Part shown: piece after piece, positions 27,609 through 40,291 of the stretch
Numbering within the stretch: the first letter of the stretch is position 1
Layout: each line of letters starts with the position of its first letter
The notes under the pieces: generated by a model
Databases searched by the model: none
Told to the model about the DNA's origin: nothing
Seen by the model: only the letters and a program-made list of their open reading frames with translations
NCBI RefSeq assembly: GCF_036321535.1
Contig: NC_087436.1
Span: forward strand, 36,272,001-36,336,000
Source of the DNA: Camelus dromedarius
Taxonomy: Eukaryota
Direction of reading: 5' to 3'
Length of the DNA: 64,000 nt
Made by a program: the position numbers and the translations under genes

Positions 27609-30600
27609 TGTTGGGACAGGCAGTCTGCCATGGGCTCTGAGCATCCCTGCATGTTCTTGCTGGGTGCTGAGTTCTCTCTTTCCAGGCCACTTCTCAAGGC
27701 TGTGTTTGCAGTGAGCAACCTTGAATAATGATGTAATCTCTCTCCACACAAACAGGCTTACTTGTGCTCACTAGAAAAGTTGTGAATTGCCTGAGCTCAG
27801 TGCTCCTCTTCTGAAACACAAACTACCGTGTGTGCAGGCATTCATCTTGGGCTCTTTATGTCACTCTTGTGGGACCTGAGAGCCCAGGGAACCAACATAA
27901 ACCAACATGAAGCTCTGGTTACTTTTATAAAAGCCCAGGAGTCTTGAGCCTTCTGTCAGCATCTCATGAAATTTTGAGAGGCTAATTTGTTAGCTTGTAA
28001 ACAGGGCAAAACCCCAGACCCTGCATAGTTATTGCCAGTTCTGACTTGAGAGAGTCATGATTCTCCCGGAAAAGATGAGGGCCCCAGTGGCTGGGTTAAG
28101 AGATTGGACTCCCTGGGCTCCGATAGTGACTGCTTTCACTCAAGTAGTGGGGAAGGGGGAGGGGACTGGGAGCCCCTGCTGTCCCACCTGCAAATGACGC
28201 CTGGAGAATAAGTCCTGAGAGGTGAGATTAGAACAAGCCACCCAAATGATGCCTTGGTTGTTGCTCACTCACCTCAGGTGGGAGGAGGAGGAATGTGAAC
28301 AGGGCAACAAGGCAGTAGCCCCAGGGCACTGGCTGAGAAGAAACTGGCTGTGGCTGCCAAGTCAGGGGTCCCCAAAGCTGCAAGAAATGCTGTCAGCAAT
28401 GAGGAGATAAAACTTTGAGGACAGTGAAAATACAAGTTTGTTGAGCGCATGTCGGGCAGCCAATCAAAACCAAAAGTGACCACAAAGCACTGCTCACGGG
28501 CACGGAGCCACTGTCCCCCTCTACACTTCCCCAGACCTCCCTCACCCTCCACCCTGACCTCAGCTGCTGCGGAAAAAGCCAAGTCTGATGGGGCACTCAG
28601 GGGAGGAAGTGACTCAACTTTTAAAGCTCTGTCAGAGACAGGGGCCCGAGTGACCATTCTACCAGTCCCATGGCGGAAGCGGGCCCTGGGCACAGGGTGG
28701 CCAAAGGCACCCAGGACTGCAGGGCACTGAGGAGGCGCAGCGGCACGCGGAGGGCAGAAAGCAAGCTCCCTGGAGCCAGGGTGCTCTGCAGACACTGGGA
28801 AGAGCACAGGGGGGAAGCTGGCGCCGACACTGAAATGAAGAGCCAAAAAAGATGAAAAGAGCCTCCTTGTCTGCCGCCCTCGCTCTCTGCTCCTTCCTGA
28901 GCTACCGGCCAGGGAGACATCATCTCTCAGCAGCTGTTAGAGCCCCTAATGTGAAAGTGTCAAACTTCTTGGTCCATGTTCCCACAGAGGGGGAAAGTGA
29001 CTAAAGTCAACTGATAGGACTGGAGAAAATCCTGCAGGAGAGACAAAGTGGGACCCTGTGGGTGGGGCCTTTGGCCCAATTCAATGTACTACTCTTATGA
29101 AAACACGTAATTGGTATCAAGGTGTTTATACGCTTAAACTTAAATGTTCATAAAGTGCCAGAGGAGATTCTTCCACTCAGGGTATTGCTACAAGTAGAAA
29201 AAATGAGACAAACTTCCTGCCATCCACCACCATGCCCAAACCCATCCTAATCCACAGACAGGCTGGGATTTAGTGTGAGTGCCTCTATGCTCCAATGCCT
29301 CAAATGTTCACTACATAGATGATACGGAGGTGTCCTGGTGGCTGACAAGTTAGAAGCCTGTTTTGGTGGTCCTGACTGTGGCCACTATCTACTTGACTGT
29401 GGTGTTATCTACCTCTACCATAAGGAGTGACTGATAAACCCAGACAAAATTCAGAACGTTGAGTGCCAAGTACAGTTCCTTGAGACCATATGGACAGATT
29501 CACAGCACTCAATCCCTCTGGGAGCCAAACAAAGGTGGTCTCCTCGCCCACCCACCACCACAAAGAAGGCTCAAACCTTATTAAGGCTCCTATTCAGTAC
29601 TGGAGACAGTGTAAGATGCCATCAACGGCAGCTCCCAGATATGAACACGTACAAACACAGGTGCCAGAACAATCTTGTCTCAATCTGACTGATCAGACAC
29701 TTCTCTTAATATGAGTGGCCTTGGATTTTCCCATGCATGGCAATTGCAGCTGCAACTACTGGGCGACACTACTTATGTGACTGAATCAAATTTGTATAAT
29801 GGTGATTCAAATCAGGTTTAACAACAAATGCTGAAATACAGTGACGTGGGACTGTTACGTTATGTGCTTGTCTGTGGGGAAAACGGGCCACGAATGTCTC
29901 TCCATTAGGGATGAGAGGTGCTTTCTGGTCCCTCTGTTGCCTCCTATAATTGTTGGCAATGACACCAAAGATCAGCAAGTTAACCAAAACTCCCTTGCAT
30001 GGTTCATAACAGATAACAATTTGGTCTTAGACAACATTCTGGCTAATAAAAACTTACTGGTCCTTCCTTGGAATTTACAATTGACTAAATTCAAGATCCT
30101 GGGGGACTTGACAGAGGTCAGTACTACAGACTGGCTTCATCTTGCTGCTCAGCATCTGTTGACAGTAGCCTTAATTTAATTGCTATATGAGACCAACTGA
30201 GTGGCTTTGGTATTGACCAAGCAACCTGTTTGCCAGATTAATTAGAGTAGCCAACAGAGAGGCATACTCACATGAAAATTCAAGTCTCACCAAGAATGTG
30301 TCAGATTGAGGAGTGAACTGTTGGAAGAGGCTGTCCATTGTGGGCTGTGTGACACTGCATACTCTCTCCATGCGCCATGACTTGTCTTTACCCAGCTCAT
30401 GTCTCAGGCTTGTGTTTACACTGAGCAACCCGGAGGCATGAGGTAACAATTACCCTTGGACAAAGAACAGGATTGTTTCTGCTTATTATATACAAGCAGA
30501 GGCTGTCCCAGGCTCAGTGTCCCACTTCTGTAACACAACACACGGCATGTACAGGCTTCCATCACTGGCCCTTTGTGTTGCTCTTGTGGGACTCAGAGAA

Positions 30601-30781
30601 ATGTGGAAATTGACACAAACCAATACGAAGCTCTGGCTACTGCTTTTGCTGTGAATAATAAAAGTCCTTTGTCTCTGATCCAAGTATCTCATGTATTCTG
30701 TAGCATTCTATGCAACAGTAACAGGCTAACTTGTTATGTTATAAATAGAGTGGAATTTTAGACCCTACACAGTTATTGACA
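27609..30781 (+). mobile_element. Old ERVL-class provirus: 5' LTR 27609-28037, degenerate internal region, 3' LTR 30319-30781 (MER54/MER74-like)
   Basis: The LTRs start TGTTGGGACAGGC / TGTTGGAAGAGGC and end AGACCCT...AGTTATTGCCA / AGTTATTGACA. Purine-rich GAGGAGTGAAC precedes the 3' LTR. Flanks GACTT / GACAT (5-bp TSD, 4/5). Protease relic FKALSETGARVTILP at 28620-28664. Confidence 0.8.
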
Positions 30782-30847
30782 GACATCAAATATTTTCTTC
30801 CTGCAAATAGCTGGCATTTTAGGCACTATAACTTGGCTACTAGAAAG

Positions 30848-30853
30848 TTTATT
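30848..30853 (-). terminator. Candidate proximal BBS12 polyadenylation signal AATAAA
   Basis: TTTATT on the plus strand, 52 nt downstream of the BBS12 stop. Confidence 0.5.
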
Positions 30854-30905
30854 ATTAGCATGTTATATTACCAAAGATTATTTTCCAAACACTTAGCCAA
30901 TAATA

Positions 30906-33050
30906 CTATAAAAATAAAAAGCCCTCTGAGTCTTGTGATTTTATCTGTGTGCGTCCAAGTCCAGTAATAATTTCACTGTCTGTCTGAAGTACTAACAATA
31001 CTAAATCCAAAGCTCGGCGCCATGCCTCAATCTTTGGTGTAACAATGTCATAAACGCTTGGAATCTGTTCCAGTTTATTTGAAATGCCTGAATTAAAAAT
31101 TCCACTCTTTTGTTTACTATATTCATTCAAGATGTAAGATGAAGGAGAGCCAGAGTCTGCAGCATTTTGTAGATGATGCTGAATGAATGTGTTGGCTTCA
31201 AATTCTGATGAGTAACTGGCAGTGTTACACAGGAGAGTTGAAAGGTATCTGTGCCATCCTTCGGCCAGGCATTTAAGCACAGTCGGTCTGTATAGCGCCA
31301 GGGATGAGGCCAGCCAAGAGGAAGTATTATGAAACCATCCTGAAGAGTCTTGGTTTCCTTTATGCAGAGATTGCTCCGCGAGAATTTGAAGATGGCTAAG
31401 GCACAAAAATTCAACTGCGCCACCTCCAAGGAGGACCTTTTGCTCTTTTAGAGCATAATGCAGACGATAGGCACAAGCCCAGAACCTGTCTTCTTTGGTC
31501 TGCATCTGGGCAGTGACTGGGCTAGTGAGCACTACTGTAACCAAGTTCATTCCTTCTGTCTTTAACAAGATTGCCATTCTGCTGGTCCCATCTACAGCAT
31601 CGAAGGGAATGCTTCTCCAGAAGGTCACACAGACCCCACTGCCCACACAGTTTTCATTCACTTGTGTGATGTAGGCCACCTGTACCGCTCCTGAAGCCTC
31701 TGCAAAAGCTTGCATCACACTGCCATTCACTGACCCAACGACCAACCGCTTACTGTGTGTGCATTTTTCAATCAGGCATTCAGATACATTTCCTTGTGAC
31801 AGAACGAGGTTCACATTGAACTTGATTAATACCTGTAACACATGATTTGTCCACAGTTCTTCTGAGCTGTCTGGTTCAACCTTCATGCTTTCTGATACTG
31901 TTTTAATATTTGCAGGCTTGTTAAATCCCAGGTGGCGATAATTCTCTGTGAGGTCACCCTCAACGAGAACTACCCGGATAGGCTGCTTCTGCAATTCCTC
32001 GATCAGAGCAGTCCTAGATATTGACACAACAGTGACATATCCTGGACAGACACAAGACAAAGTTTCCGGTAAACCTGGTAGGCAGCAAGTGAAGATTCCT
32101 GATATGTCAAACAGAAACGGCACTGCACGGCCGCCCTGTTGCACACCTGCGTTCTGATACTGCAGCCGCACTGCTTCATCTACTAATTTCATGCTGCTGT
32201 CATCTCCATGACTCAAACCCACCTCCAACTCTAACAAGTCATTACATCTGTAAGTCTTGAGTGTGGCTGCACTATGTTGCTCTAGAAATCCATCCGGTTT
32301 GCTTATCCGTTGGTTATTATCTGCTCTGCTAAAATGCCTACTGTGGGTTAGTACTGACCTTCTGCAGTGGGTGTCTGCAAGAAGACTGTTTCCCAGAGTT
32401 TGAGGAGTCTGTGATGTGTTTTTATCTGCTTCAACCTTAGCCTGAGGCCCAAAGAGTTTAGGTGATTTAACTGGTCTCCCAGGAAGACTGTATATGACCA
32501 ATGACTGTGAGGCAACATCTTTGAGATCGTGCTTTTTCTGCATTAAACCAGTATCTGAAGGGATTTGTAGAAAAGGGTACAAACTGACATTAAGTGTTTC
32601 AAGTCCAGAAAATGTCTTTGTGTTGTCGATACAGTCAAATACATTCTGGATTGGTACTTGCAGGGAAACTATCTCTTCAATGCATGAATTTAAGCCTTCT
32701 GACATTACAGACACTATTAATGAAATAGGGACACCCAAATGAAGACATTCTTCCGCAGCACTGCTCCACGCACCAACAAGACACAAAAGTGTACTGGTTC
32801 CAGTTCTGTATGTGTTATTTTGTGCTTGAACTGCTTCATTGAGAAGCTGTCCCACAGCACTGGTTAAATCCAGACTTTCAAGAAGCCTTCCTGTTGAACT
32901 GATCAACACACTTTCATGACACTCTTCATCGATTACAAATTTGGATGATTTTACTGGGCCGAGGAAAGTCCTTCCAGTTTCTGCAAATGATGAAAGTTGT
33001 TGAAGTCCCACATGCCTTCTTTTGTTTATGACCCTGCAAGCCATCACCAT
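30906..33050 (-). CDS. BBS12: Bardet-Biedl syndrome 12 protein (group II chaperonin-like), single coding exon, 714 aa
   Basis: Uninterrupted ORF starting [32 protein letters not shown], recognised as the BBS12 N-terminus. It has chaperonin-like YRTGTSTLL (degenerate GDGTT) and LGGGAVE motifs and ends ...[12 protein letters not shown]...FLFL-TAG. The CETN4 neighbour matches known synteny. Confidence 0.97.
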   Translation of the reverse strand: MVMACRVINKRRHVGLQQLSSFAETGRTFLGPVKSSKFVIDEECHESVLISSTGRLLESLDLTSAVGQLLNEAVQAQNNTYRTGTSTLLCLVGAWSSAAEECLHLGVPISLIVSVMSEGLNSCIEEIVSLQVPIQNVFDCIDNTKTFSGLETLNVSLYPFLQIPSDTGLMQKKHDLKDVASQSLVIYSLPGRPVKSPKLFGPQAKVEADKNTSQTPQTLGNSLLADTHCRRSVLTHSRHFSRADNNQRISKPDGFLEQHSAATLKTYRCNDLLELEVGLSHGDDSSMKLVDEAVRLQYQNAGVQQGGRAVPFLFDISGIFTCCLPGLPETLSCVCPGYVTVVSISRTALIEELQKQPIRVVLVEGDLTENYRHLGFNKPANIKTVSESMKVEPDSSEELWTNHVLQVLIKFNVNLVLSQGNVSECLIEKCTHSKRLVVGSVNGSVMQAFAEASGAVQVAYITQVNENCVGSGVCVTFWRSIPFDAVDGTSRMAILLKTEGMNLVTVVLTSPVTAQMQTKEDRFWACAYRLHYALKEQKVLLGGGAVEFLCLSHLQILAEQSLHKGNQDSSGWFHNTSSWLASSLALYRPTVLKCLAEGWHRYLSTLLCNTASYSSEFEANTFIQHHLQNAADSGSPSSYILNEYSKQKSGIFNSGISNKLEQIPSVYDIVTPKIEAWRRALDLVLLVLQTDSEIITGLGRTQIKSQDSEGFLFL

Positions 33051-33080
33051 GAATCAACATCTGCAAACAAAATTAAAACT
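33051..33080 (-). other. BBS12: BBS12 intron 1 3' splice acceptor; exon 2 starts at 33060, 10 nt before the ATG
   Basis: Minus strand reads agttttaattttgtttgcag|ATGTTGATTC-ATGGTG: pyrimidine tract plus CAG. Confidence 0.8.
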
Positions 33081-33609
33081 TGGAACTTTATTCAGTGTAA
33101 TTCATGGTTATAAAAGAGGCTTATGCAAGAAAAAGAAGATAATGTCTCTGACTTTGATGAGTTTCCAGCATATGCAGTTTCCATTAAATATGGTCAGTGC
33201 AATGGCAGTATTATAATGATATTAATGACAAAAGTATGGGTGTGTGGAGGAGGAACATGTCATCCCACAGGGGAAGTGCTCCATGCAAGCAACAGGCAGT
33301 GTTTCCAGAAGAACACAACTACTTAAAATGAGTCTTGAAGAATAATGTGAAAGAATCAGCAAGTTGAAGGAGGTGGTACTACACGCACATATATGTGGAA
33401 GAAACAGCGTATTGGGGTAATAAGGGCAATTTAGTGTCACAGGAATGTAAATAATAATTATTCTTTATAAAGTAGGGAACAGTAGGGGATGAAGCATTAG
33501 AAGGGGAAAGGCAGGGCTCATGAAGGGCATCACGCACCGTGTCAAACCTCATCCTATCATGGGAACCACGGAGTTTTTTAAGTAAGGGAGAGGAAGAAAC
33601 GGCTTGCTG

Positions 33610-33830
33610 CGGTGTCTGAAGGCATGGCCTCTGAATCTAGAAGTCTGGATTTGAACTTGTCTCCACTGTGTACTAGTTGTGTAGCTTTTAACTTCACTGC
33701 CCTGTTTCTACATCTGAAAATTGAAGATAATATTGGAATCTACTTCACAGGGTATTATGAGGAATAAATGAATACAGCGCATAGAACAGTGCCTGGCACA
33801 CAGTTAGTGCTATATGAGCACTTATCGTCA
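33610..33830 (+). mobile_element. MIR SINE in the BBS12 intron
   Basis: ctgtttctacatctgaaaattgaagataat...agaacagtgcctggcacacag. Confidence 0.7.
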
Positions 33831-35159
33831 TAAATTTATAATATAAAAAATACTAAATAATTTTAATGTTATTATTACTAGTAGAAGTGTTTTGGATGTA
33901 TTACCACCCTGGTAACAGTGTGGAGAACTGACTGGATAAGCGCCAGACCAGAGGCAGAGATGCACAGTCACCTAGACGAGGATGTGGAAGGTGGACGGAG
34001 AGGAGAGGATAGATCTGGTTACTGGTTAGAATATAAAGGGGGGAAAAGTTCTATTTAAAAAGAAGTTCAAGAGCAATTGGACTTTTTCCACACAATATCT
34101 TAGACTTCACATTTAAAACTAAAAGGAAGAAATTACAAGAGAAAGACTTGAGCTCAATAAAAATAACTCTTTAACAAAGTACACACTAACTGAGAAGCTG
34201 TCTACAATAGAATGACCTGTCTTGTGAGGTATGAGCTCTTAAAGCACTAGAGCTAAAACTGTAGATAATACAAGCTTCTCTTCCAATGCTAAGACTTTAC
34301 TATTCTTCAAGTATATTTTTTATCACAATCTTTTAAATCCAAAATATCAAAAAGCAAACAACTCTTATTAGAGTTTTGCCTTTCCTCTAATCCTGGCCAC
34401 AGCATTGGTAAATTTGGTTCTCTAACACCTAGAAGCATCCCTGAAGCTGCGGAGCACGGCAGCTGGAGACACGGCGTGGGGACTGCAGGAACCCACAGCA
34501 CAGCCACTGCTCAACAGCAGCTTCCCACAGGCTTTCAAGGACTAGAAGAGCCAGGACGGCCTAGGAACATACATAACAAGTTGTCTGAACTCAGCTTCAA
34601 AACCTCTTTTGCGAAATTTTCAATTTCGTGAAATAAAAATAAAACTCTCGATACACTCAGACATATCCCTGGATAGCATCAAAATATACTCTAGACTCCA
34701 ACAATCTGGAGACCCACCAGGTCTTGCAGTCTCTAGCCTTACCAAACTTTCACTGTCCTTCACCCCGTATTATCAATTCTCTACTTAACTCAGCTTAAAC
34801 TCCCATTACAATCTCTCTCTTGCACGTACACCCTCAAAACCCTTCTCTCTCTTTTGGTTCATCTTACCTTGCAAAGCCACTAATCTTGATGAAATCCAAC
34901 TCTGTCCACTCCATGCTTACACTGAGGCAGCTGAAAACAAACAGAGAAACACACACAACCATGCTGATTGGTATCATTTTAAGTTCATGACTCCTAACCT
35001 CAAGTGGTCCTTAATACTGCCTGGCAATCTATTTTCCTAGTCCATTTGTCTTTTTTTTTTTTAATGGCTACTGGGTTCTATTTTTTCAAGTTTTGTCTAC
35101 TCCTGAATACAAAGGATATTCTATATTTCATTTTTCAGATGATTTGAGCCTTTTTTTTT

Positions 35160-36935
35160 AAAAATTGAGGTAAAATTCATTACCATAAACATGACCATTT
35201 TAAAGTATACAATTCAGTGGCACTTGGTACATTCACAATGTTGTAAAACCACTACCTTTATCTTGTTCCAAAACATTCCCATCAGCCCAAGAGAAAACCC
35301 TGTAGCCGTTAAGCAGTCTCTCCCTGTCCTCCTCCCCACCAGCCCCTGGCAACACCAACTACTTTCTGTCTCTATGGATTTACCCACTCTGGGTATTTCA
35401 TATAAATGGAATCACATGTGATTCTTTTGTATCTGGTTTCTTTCCACTTAGCATTCATGTTTTCGAGGTTCATCCACATTGTATTATGTGTCAGTATTTC
35501 ATTCCTTTTTATGTCTGTATGTATGTGGGTGTCACTCTGTTTATCCATTTATCCGTTGATGGAAATTTGGATTGTTTCTATTTCTGGACTACTGTGAACA
35601 GTGCTACTAAGAACATTTGTGTACAAGTGTTTGAGTACCTGTTTTCAATTCTTTGGGGTACACACCCAGGAGTGGTCACATGGTAATTCTGCATTTAAGT
35701 TTCTGTAGAACTGTCAAACTTTTCTGTAGCAGCTGAACCATAAACTACCAGCAGTGTCAAAGGCTTTCATTTCTCCACACCCTTGCTGTATTAGTTTCCT
35801 AGGGCTGCTGTGCCAAATTACCACAAATGCAGTGGCTTACAACAATACATATTTATTATCTCATGGTTTTGGAGTCTAGAAGTCTGAAATCAAGGTATCT
35901 GCAGGGCCATGTTCCTTTTGAAGGCTCTAAGGAGGACTCCTTCCTTGCCTCTTCCAGGCTCTGCTGGCTCCAGGAGGTCCTTGGCATAGCTCGAATCTCT
36001 GCCTCCCTTTCACATGGCTTTCTTAAAAGGATACCAATCACAGGATTTAGGGCCCACCCTAATCTGGTATGACCTCATCTTAACTAATTATATCTACAAA
36101 TACCTCTTTCCAAATAAAATCACTGAGATTTGGGGTGGACATGAATATTGCAGGGAGGGATACTATTCAACCCAGTATGCTCACCAACACTTACCTTCCA
36201 TTTTTTTTTGTTTTCTTTTTGTTTTATAATAATAGATACTCTAGTGGCTGTAAAGTGGTATTTCATTGTGGTTTTGATTTCAAAAGATGTTGAGCATCTT
36301 TTCATGTGCTTATTGGCCATCTCTATTTCTTCTTTGGAGAAATATCTATTCAGATCTCTTGCCATTTAAAAATTGGGTTGTTTGTCTTTTTGCTGATGAA
36401 TTGTTAAGCGTTTTTAATATATTCTAGATACTAGAACCTTATCAAAACATGATTTGCAAGTATTTTCTTTTATTTTGTAGGCTGTTATTTTCCACTTTTT
36501 CGATAATGTACTTTGCTGTATACATTTTTTAAATTTTAATGAAGTCTAATTTGTCTATTTTTTTCTTTGGTTGCTCATGCTTTTGGTGTTTTATCTAAGA
36601 ATCCATTGCCAAATCCGAAGTTATTAAGATTTAATCCAACGTTTTCCTCAGTTTTACAATTTTATTTCTTATATTAATTGATACATTTTATGTTGATTTT
36701 AGATATCAAATTGTCCCAGCACCATTCAGTGAAGAGATTATGCTTTTCCCCATTGAGTGGTCTTGGCACCTTTGTCAAAAATCAATTGGCAATAGATGTA
36801 TGGGTTTATTTCTGGACTCTCAATTCTATTTCATTGGTCTTCATGTCCATCCTTAAGCCAGGACCACACTGTTTTGATTACAGTCACTAAGTTTTGAAGT
36901 CAGGAAGTGTGAGTCCTCCAATTTTGTTCTTTTTG
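35160..36935 (-). mobile_element. L1MB-like fragment interrupted by a MaLR LTR (about 35787-36176)
   Basis: Antisense L1 3'UTR and ORF2 (MANKHMKRCSTS relic). The insert begins tgtattagtttcctagggctgctg. Confidence 0.8.
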
Positions 36936-38522
36936 TTTTAGCTATAACAATAATGTTTATAATTCACCTTAGGCTGATTTTTGTAAATGGTGCAAACTGG
37001 GGTTGTTTTGTCTCTCATGGATATCCAGTTGCTCAAGAACAGTTTGTTGAAAAGATTAAGTCTGAAAGACAAGACTGGCATTTTGCTCTTGTTTTTCATT
37101 TCTAACATGTTTTGGGAGCTTACTAAGTATGAGGCAGTTTGCACACATTGTGTAATGTAGTCCTCACAGCAACAATATGATTAAACTATTATACTATAAT
37201 TAACACATTTATATCATTATACTGTAATTTATACTGTAAATTATACTATTTTAATGATGTAGAAAATGAAGAATAATTAAGTAACATATAAAATCTCATG
37301 GCTAGTAAGTAAAAGAACTAAAACACACGTTTATCTAATGCCAAAGTCCCACGCCATTAACTACTATACAATAGTGCCTTCTGGCTGCCTCTCTACCCAG
37401 CATGACAGTAATTCACCCTCCTGTAGAATCTTCCACTGCCTTTCCCATTTCCAAGCCTTTCTGCCTTCTTTCAAGCTTTGTTCATACCCTTAATATGCAC
37501 ATGCCCTTTTTTTTTCTTCAGGTGTCAGGGTCTCTGTTTATGGTTTCCTTTCTATACTATGTTTAAATCACAAGATATCACTGTTTGTGTGGAAAAGTCA
37601 TAGAGAATTCAGAGCAAAAGGAAAAAGTCTTGGGCTTTTCAAACTTAGTCTGTTTTTATGTGAAAAAATGTTTCCCTGAGAAGGCATGAAGTTTTTTAAA
37701 CAAAACTAATCTACAAGCAAAAAGTCACATACAGCTGCTTATCACAATTACAGAGCTGTATCCAAGAGATCTGTTTCAGCCTTTGAAGTATCTATTTCAA
37801 GTTTCAGCAGTAATTAAAGAAACAAAACAAAACAGCGTTAGCATACTAAGTTTAGAAGAGCTCCTAAATTATTTTTGAAGAGATTACAATTTGATATAAT
37901 TAACATAAAATAAAAACTCAAATAACAATCTCTCATCTTCTAAGAGGATGAGTATAAAAAGGTAAAGATGGTGAAGGGGGTGGCGAAATAGATACTTTCA
38001 AAGATTAAAAGTAAGTCTGGTGGCTTTTCTTGGCATTGAACAGACACAGTCTGATTTCTGTTCTGCTGCACATCTGCGCCAGTGTTTCCCATAAACAGCC
38101 CTCCGTTTCATTACTGGGACCCCTAACAACTGTACTTCCCAGCTTATTATTTCTCTAACCTCCTAAGTGTGTAAGAGAAGGGCAGAGTCAGACAACTTCA
38201 CTCAGATTCTGACATCAGAAGGAGCTTTCTTTCCTAAGATCACGTCTGGTCTTATCTAAGGTACTTGGTTTAGAATACTAAGACATGCATTGCTTTTCAG
38301 GAATTGCATTTCTCAATGGTTAATATTTTCTGACATGTGCAGTGAGCTACAAAACCAACAGTCTGCCTATCTCCAGTCCATTCCCAGTAAGTCTTAATCA
38401 TATCACTCCACTGCCTAAAAACCTCCAACTTGGAAAATAAAGTTCTCACTCTTTTGTCACAGGTGTTCCTTTTAAAAATTAACTCAAATCCTTTCACTCC
38501 TCTGCTCAAAATTTTGCAAAAC

Positions 38523-39098
38523 TGAAGGAGAATTAATAAAATGGCCGCACTTAGACTAACTGCTTATGTTTATGCTTGCCCTTAAAACGGTCAACTAACC
38601 TGACTAACCAGTTGCTACTCATAGCTCCAGGCCCACTGTTAAAATAAAGCTATTAATTTTACTGTTTCTATTTTATTCCAGTAATCGAAAGTAATAATCA
38701 TGCTTGGTCTCTGAGTCCTTCTCCAGGGAGGTCAAGGGACTGTAACCTTACAAAATAGCCTGCATTACCAAGAAGACCATGCTTTGGGTCTTGTAAGCTA
38801 AAGAGATTGAAAGACCAACCTCTACTGGTCACCTGGAGACACCATGACACCACTCTGAGTCTTATGAGAAGAAAATGATTCTGTTGAGTGTTATCGATAC
38901 TTTATTGTTTAAGGTACGGCTATATAATCACCCTGCCCCAGCCCCAAGATGGGTTCACAGTTTTGAAGGCACTAGCCTGCTGTGAGTCCCCTTTGGCTGG
39001 CAAAGCAATAAAGCTGTCTCCTTTCTTCTAAGCTCCAAGACCCTGTCTCTGAGTTTCAACTTGGCTTGTCAGGGACAGGGGCTGATCTTTCGGCAACA
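38523..39098 (+). mobile_element. ERV1-type solo LTR nested in an L2 fragment (about 38400-39625)
   Basis: TG start, TATA-like ctatataa, AATAAA, ends ttcggcaaca. The flanking L2 ends in tgaatgaatgaatg. Confidence 0.65.
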
Positions 39099-39895
39099 AA
39101 TTCTTCCCATTTTACTCGAGGGAAAGCCCTAGTAATCTGTACTCTGCCCTCTTATCTCTTTTCTGTCTCCTACTAGTCTCTCCCTGGACCACTCTTCTCT
39201 GGCCTCCTTTCTGTTCCTGGGACAAGCAAGGCGTGCTTCCTACCTCAGTGTTTCTGTTCTACCTCTTCCTCTTTCTGGGATGCTCTTCCGCAAGAAATCT
39301 ATGGTCTCACCACCTTTAAATATTTATGCAAATTTCCCCTTTTCAACGAGGGCACCCTGAGCCTCCTATGTAACACTGCAAACTCCTCTTTTTCCCAGTA
39401 CATTCTAGGTTCCCTTTATCTGCTCTAATTTCTTTTTTCCATAACATTATCACCCTATAAAATAGTACATAGTTTACTTATTTACTGTTTATTGACTATG
39501 TCCCACTGTTGGAATGTAATTCCCAGGAGGGCAGTTTTAGTCACTGAGGTATCCCATATACTGAGAATATTGTCTGACACATTATTAGGCAAACAATCAA
39601 TATTTGACATGTGAATGAATGAATGGTTTTCACCACATTTGTTATCTTAAATTTAAGTACAGAACTGAAACAAGATTAAACCAATGCCACTGTCAGTATT
39701 CTTCCAGTATAAACTTAACTTTCAACCACCTTTGGGTGGACATGATTTCTATTTGGCACTGCCTTAGCTGAGGCCCTTTAATTGCTTCCAAAATGGTTCC
39801 TCCTTCCTATGGTTGTCAAAATTATCTTTGAAAAGCACAAACCTAATCAGATCCACTGCCTAAAAACATCTACTTAACTTAGAAATAAAGTCTTT

Positions 39896-40291
39896 TAATT
39901 TTTTAATTTTTGATTTAAGTATAGTTGATTCACAATGTTCTGTTAGTTTCAGGTGTACAGCAAAGTGATTTAGTTACACATATATTTATCTTCATATTCT
40001 TTTCCATTATGGTTTATTACAGGATATTGAATATAGTACCCTGTACCATACAGTAGGACCTTGTTGTTTATCTATTTTATATATAGGAGTTTTTAATATG
40101 CTAATTCCAAACTCCTAATTTATCCCTCCACCGCCCACCTCTTTCCCCTTTGGTAACCATAAATTTGTTTTCTATGTCTGTGAGTCTGTCTTGTTTTGTA
40201 AATAAGTTCATTTGTATCATATTTTAAATTGCACATATAAGTGATATCATATGGTCTTTCCCTGTCTGACTTACTTCACTTAGCATGATAG
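39896..40291 (-). mobile_element. L1 3' end with a 14-bp TSD
   Basis: GAAATAAAGTCTTT at 39882-39895 and 40292-40305 flanking antisense L1 3'UTR. Confidence 0.85.

Noticed and set aside
28274..28846. 190-aa minus-strand ORF
   Set aside because: Antisense to the GC-rich ERV internal region and has no recognisable domain; probably open by chance.
31127..32742. Alternative-frame and antisense ORFs within BBS12
   Set aside because: Short shadow ORFs of the real CDS.
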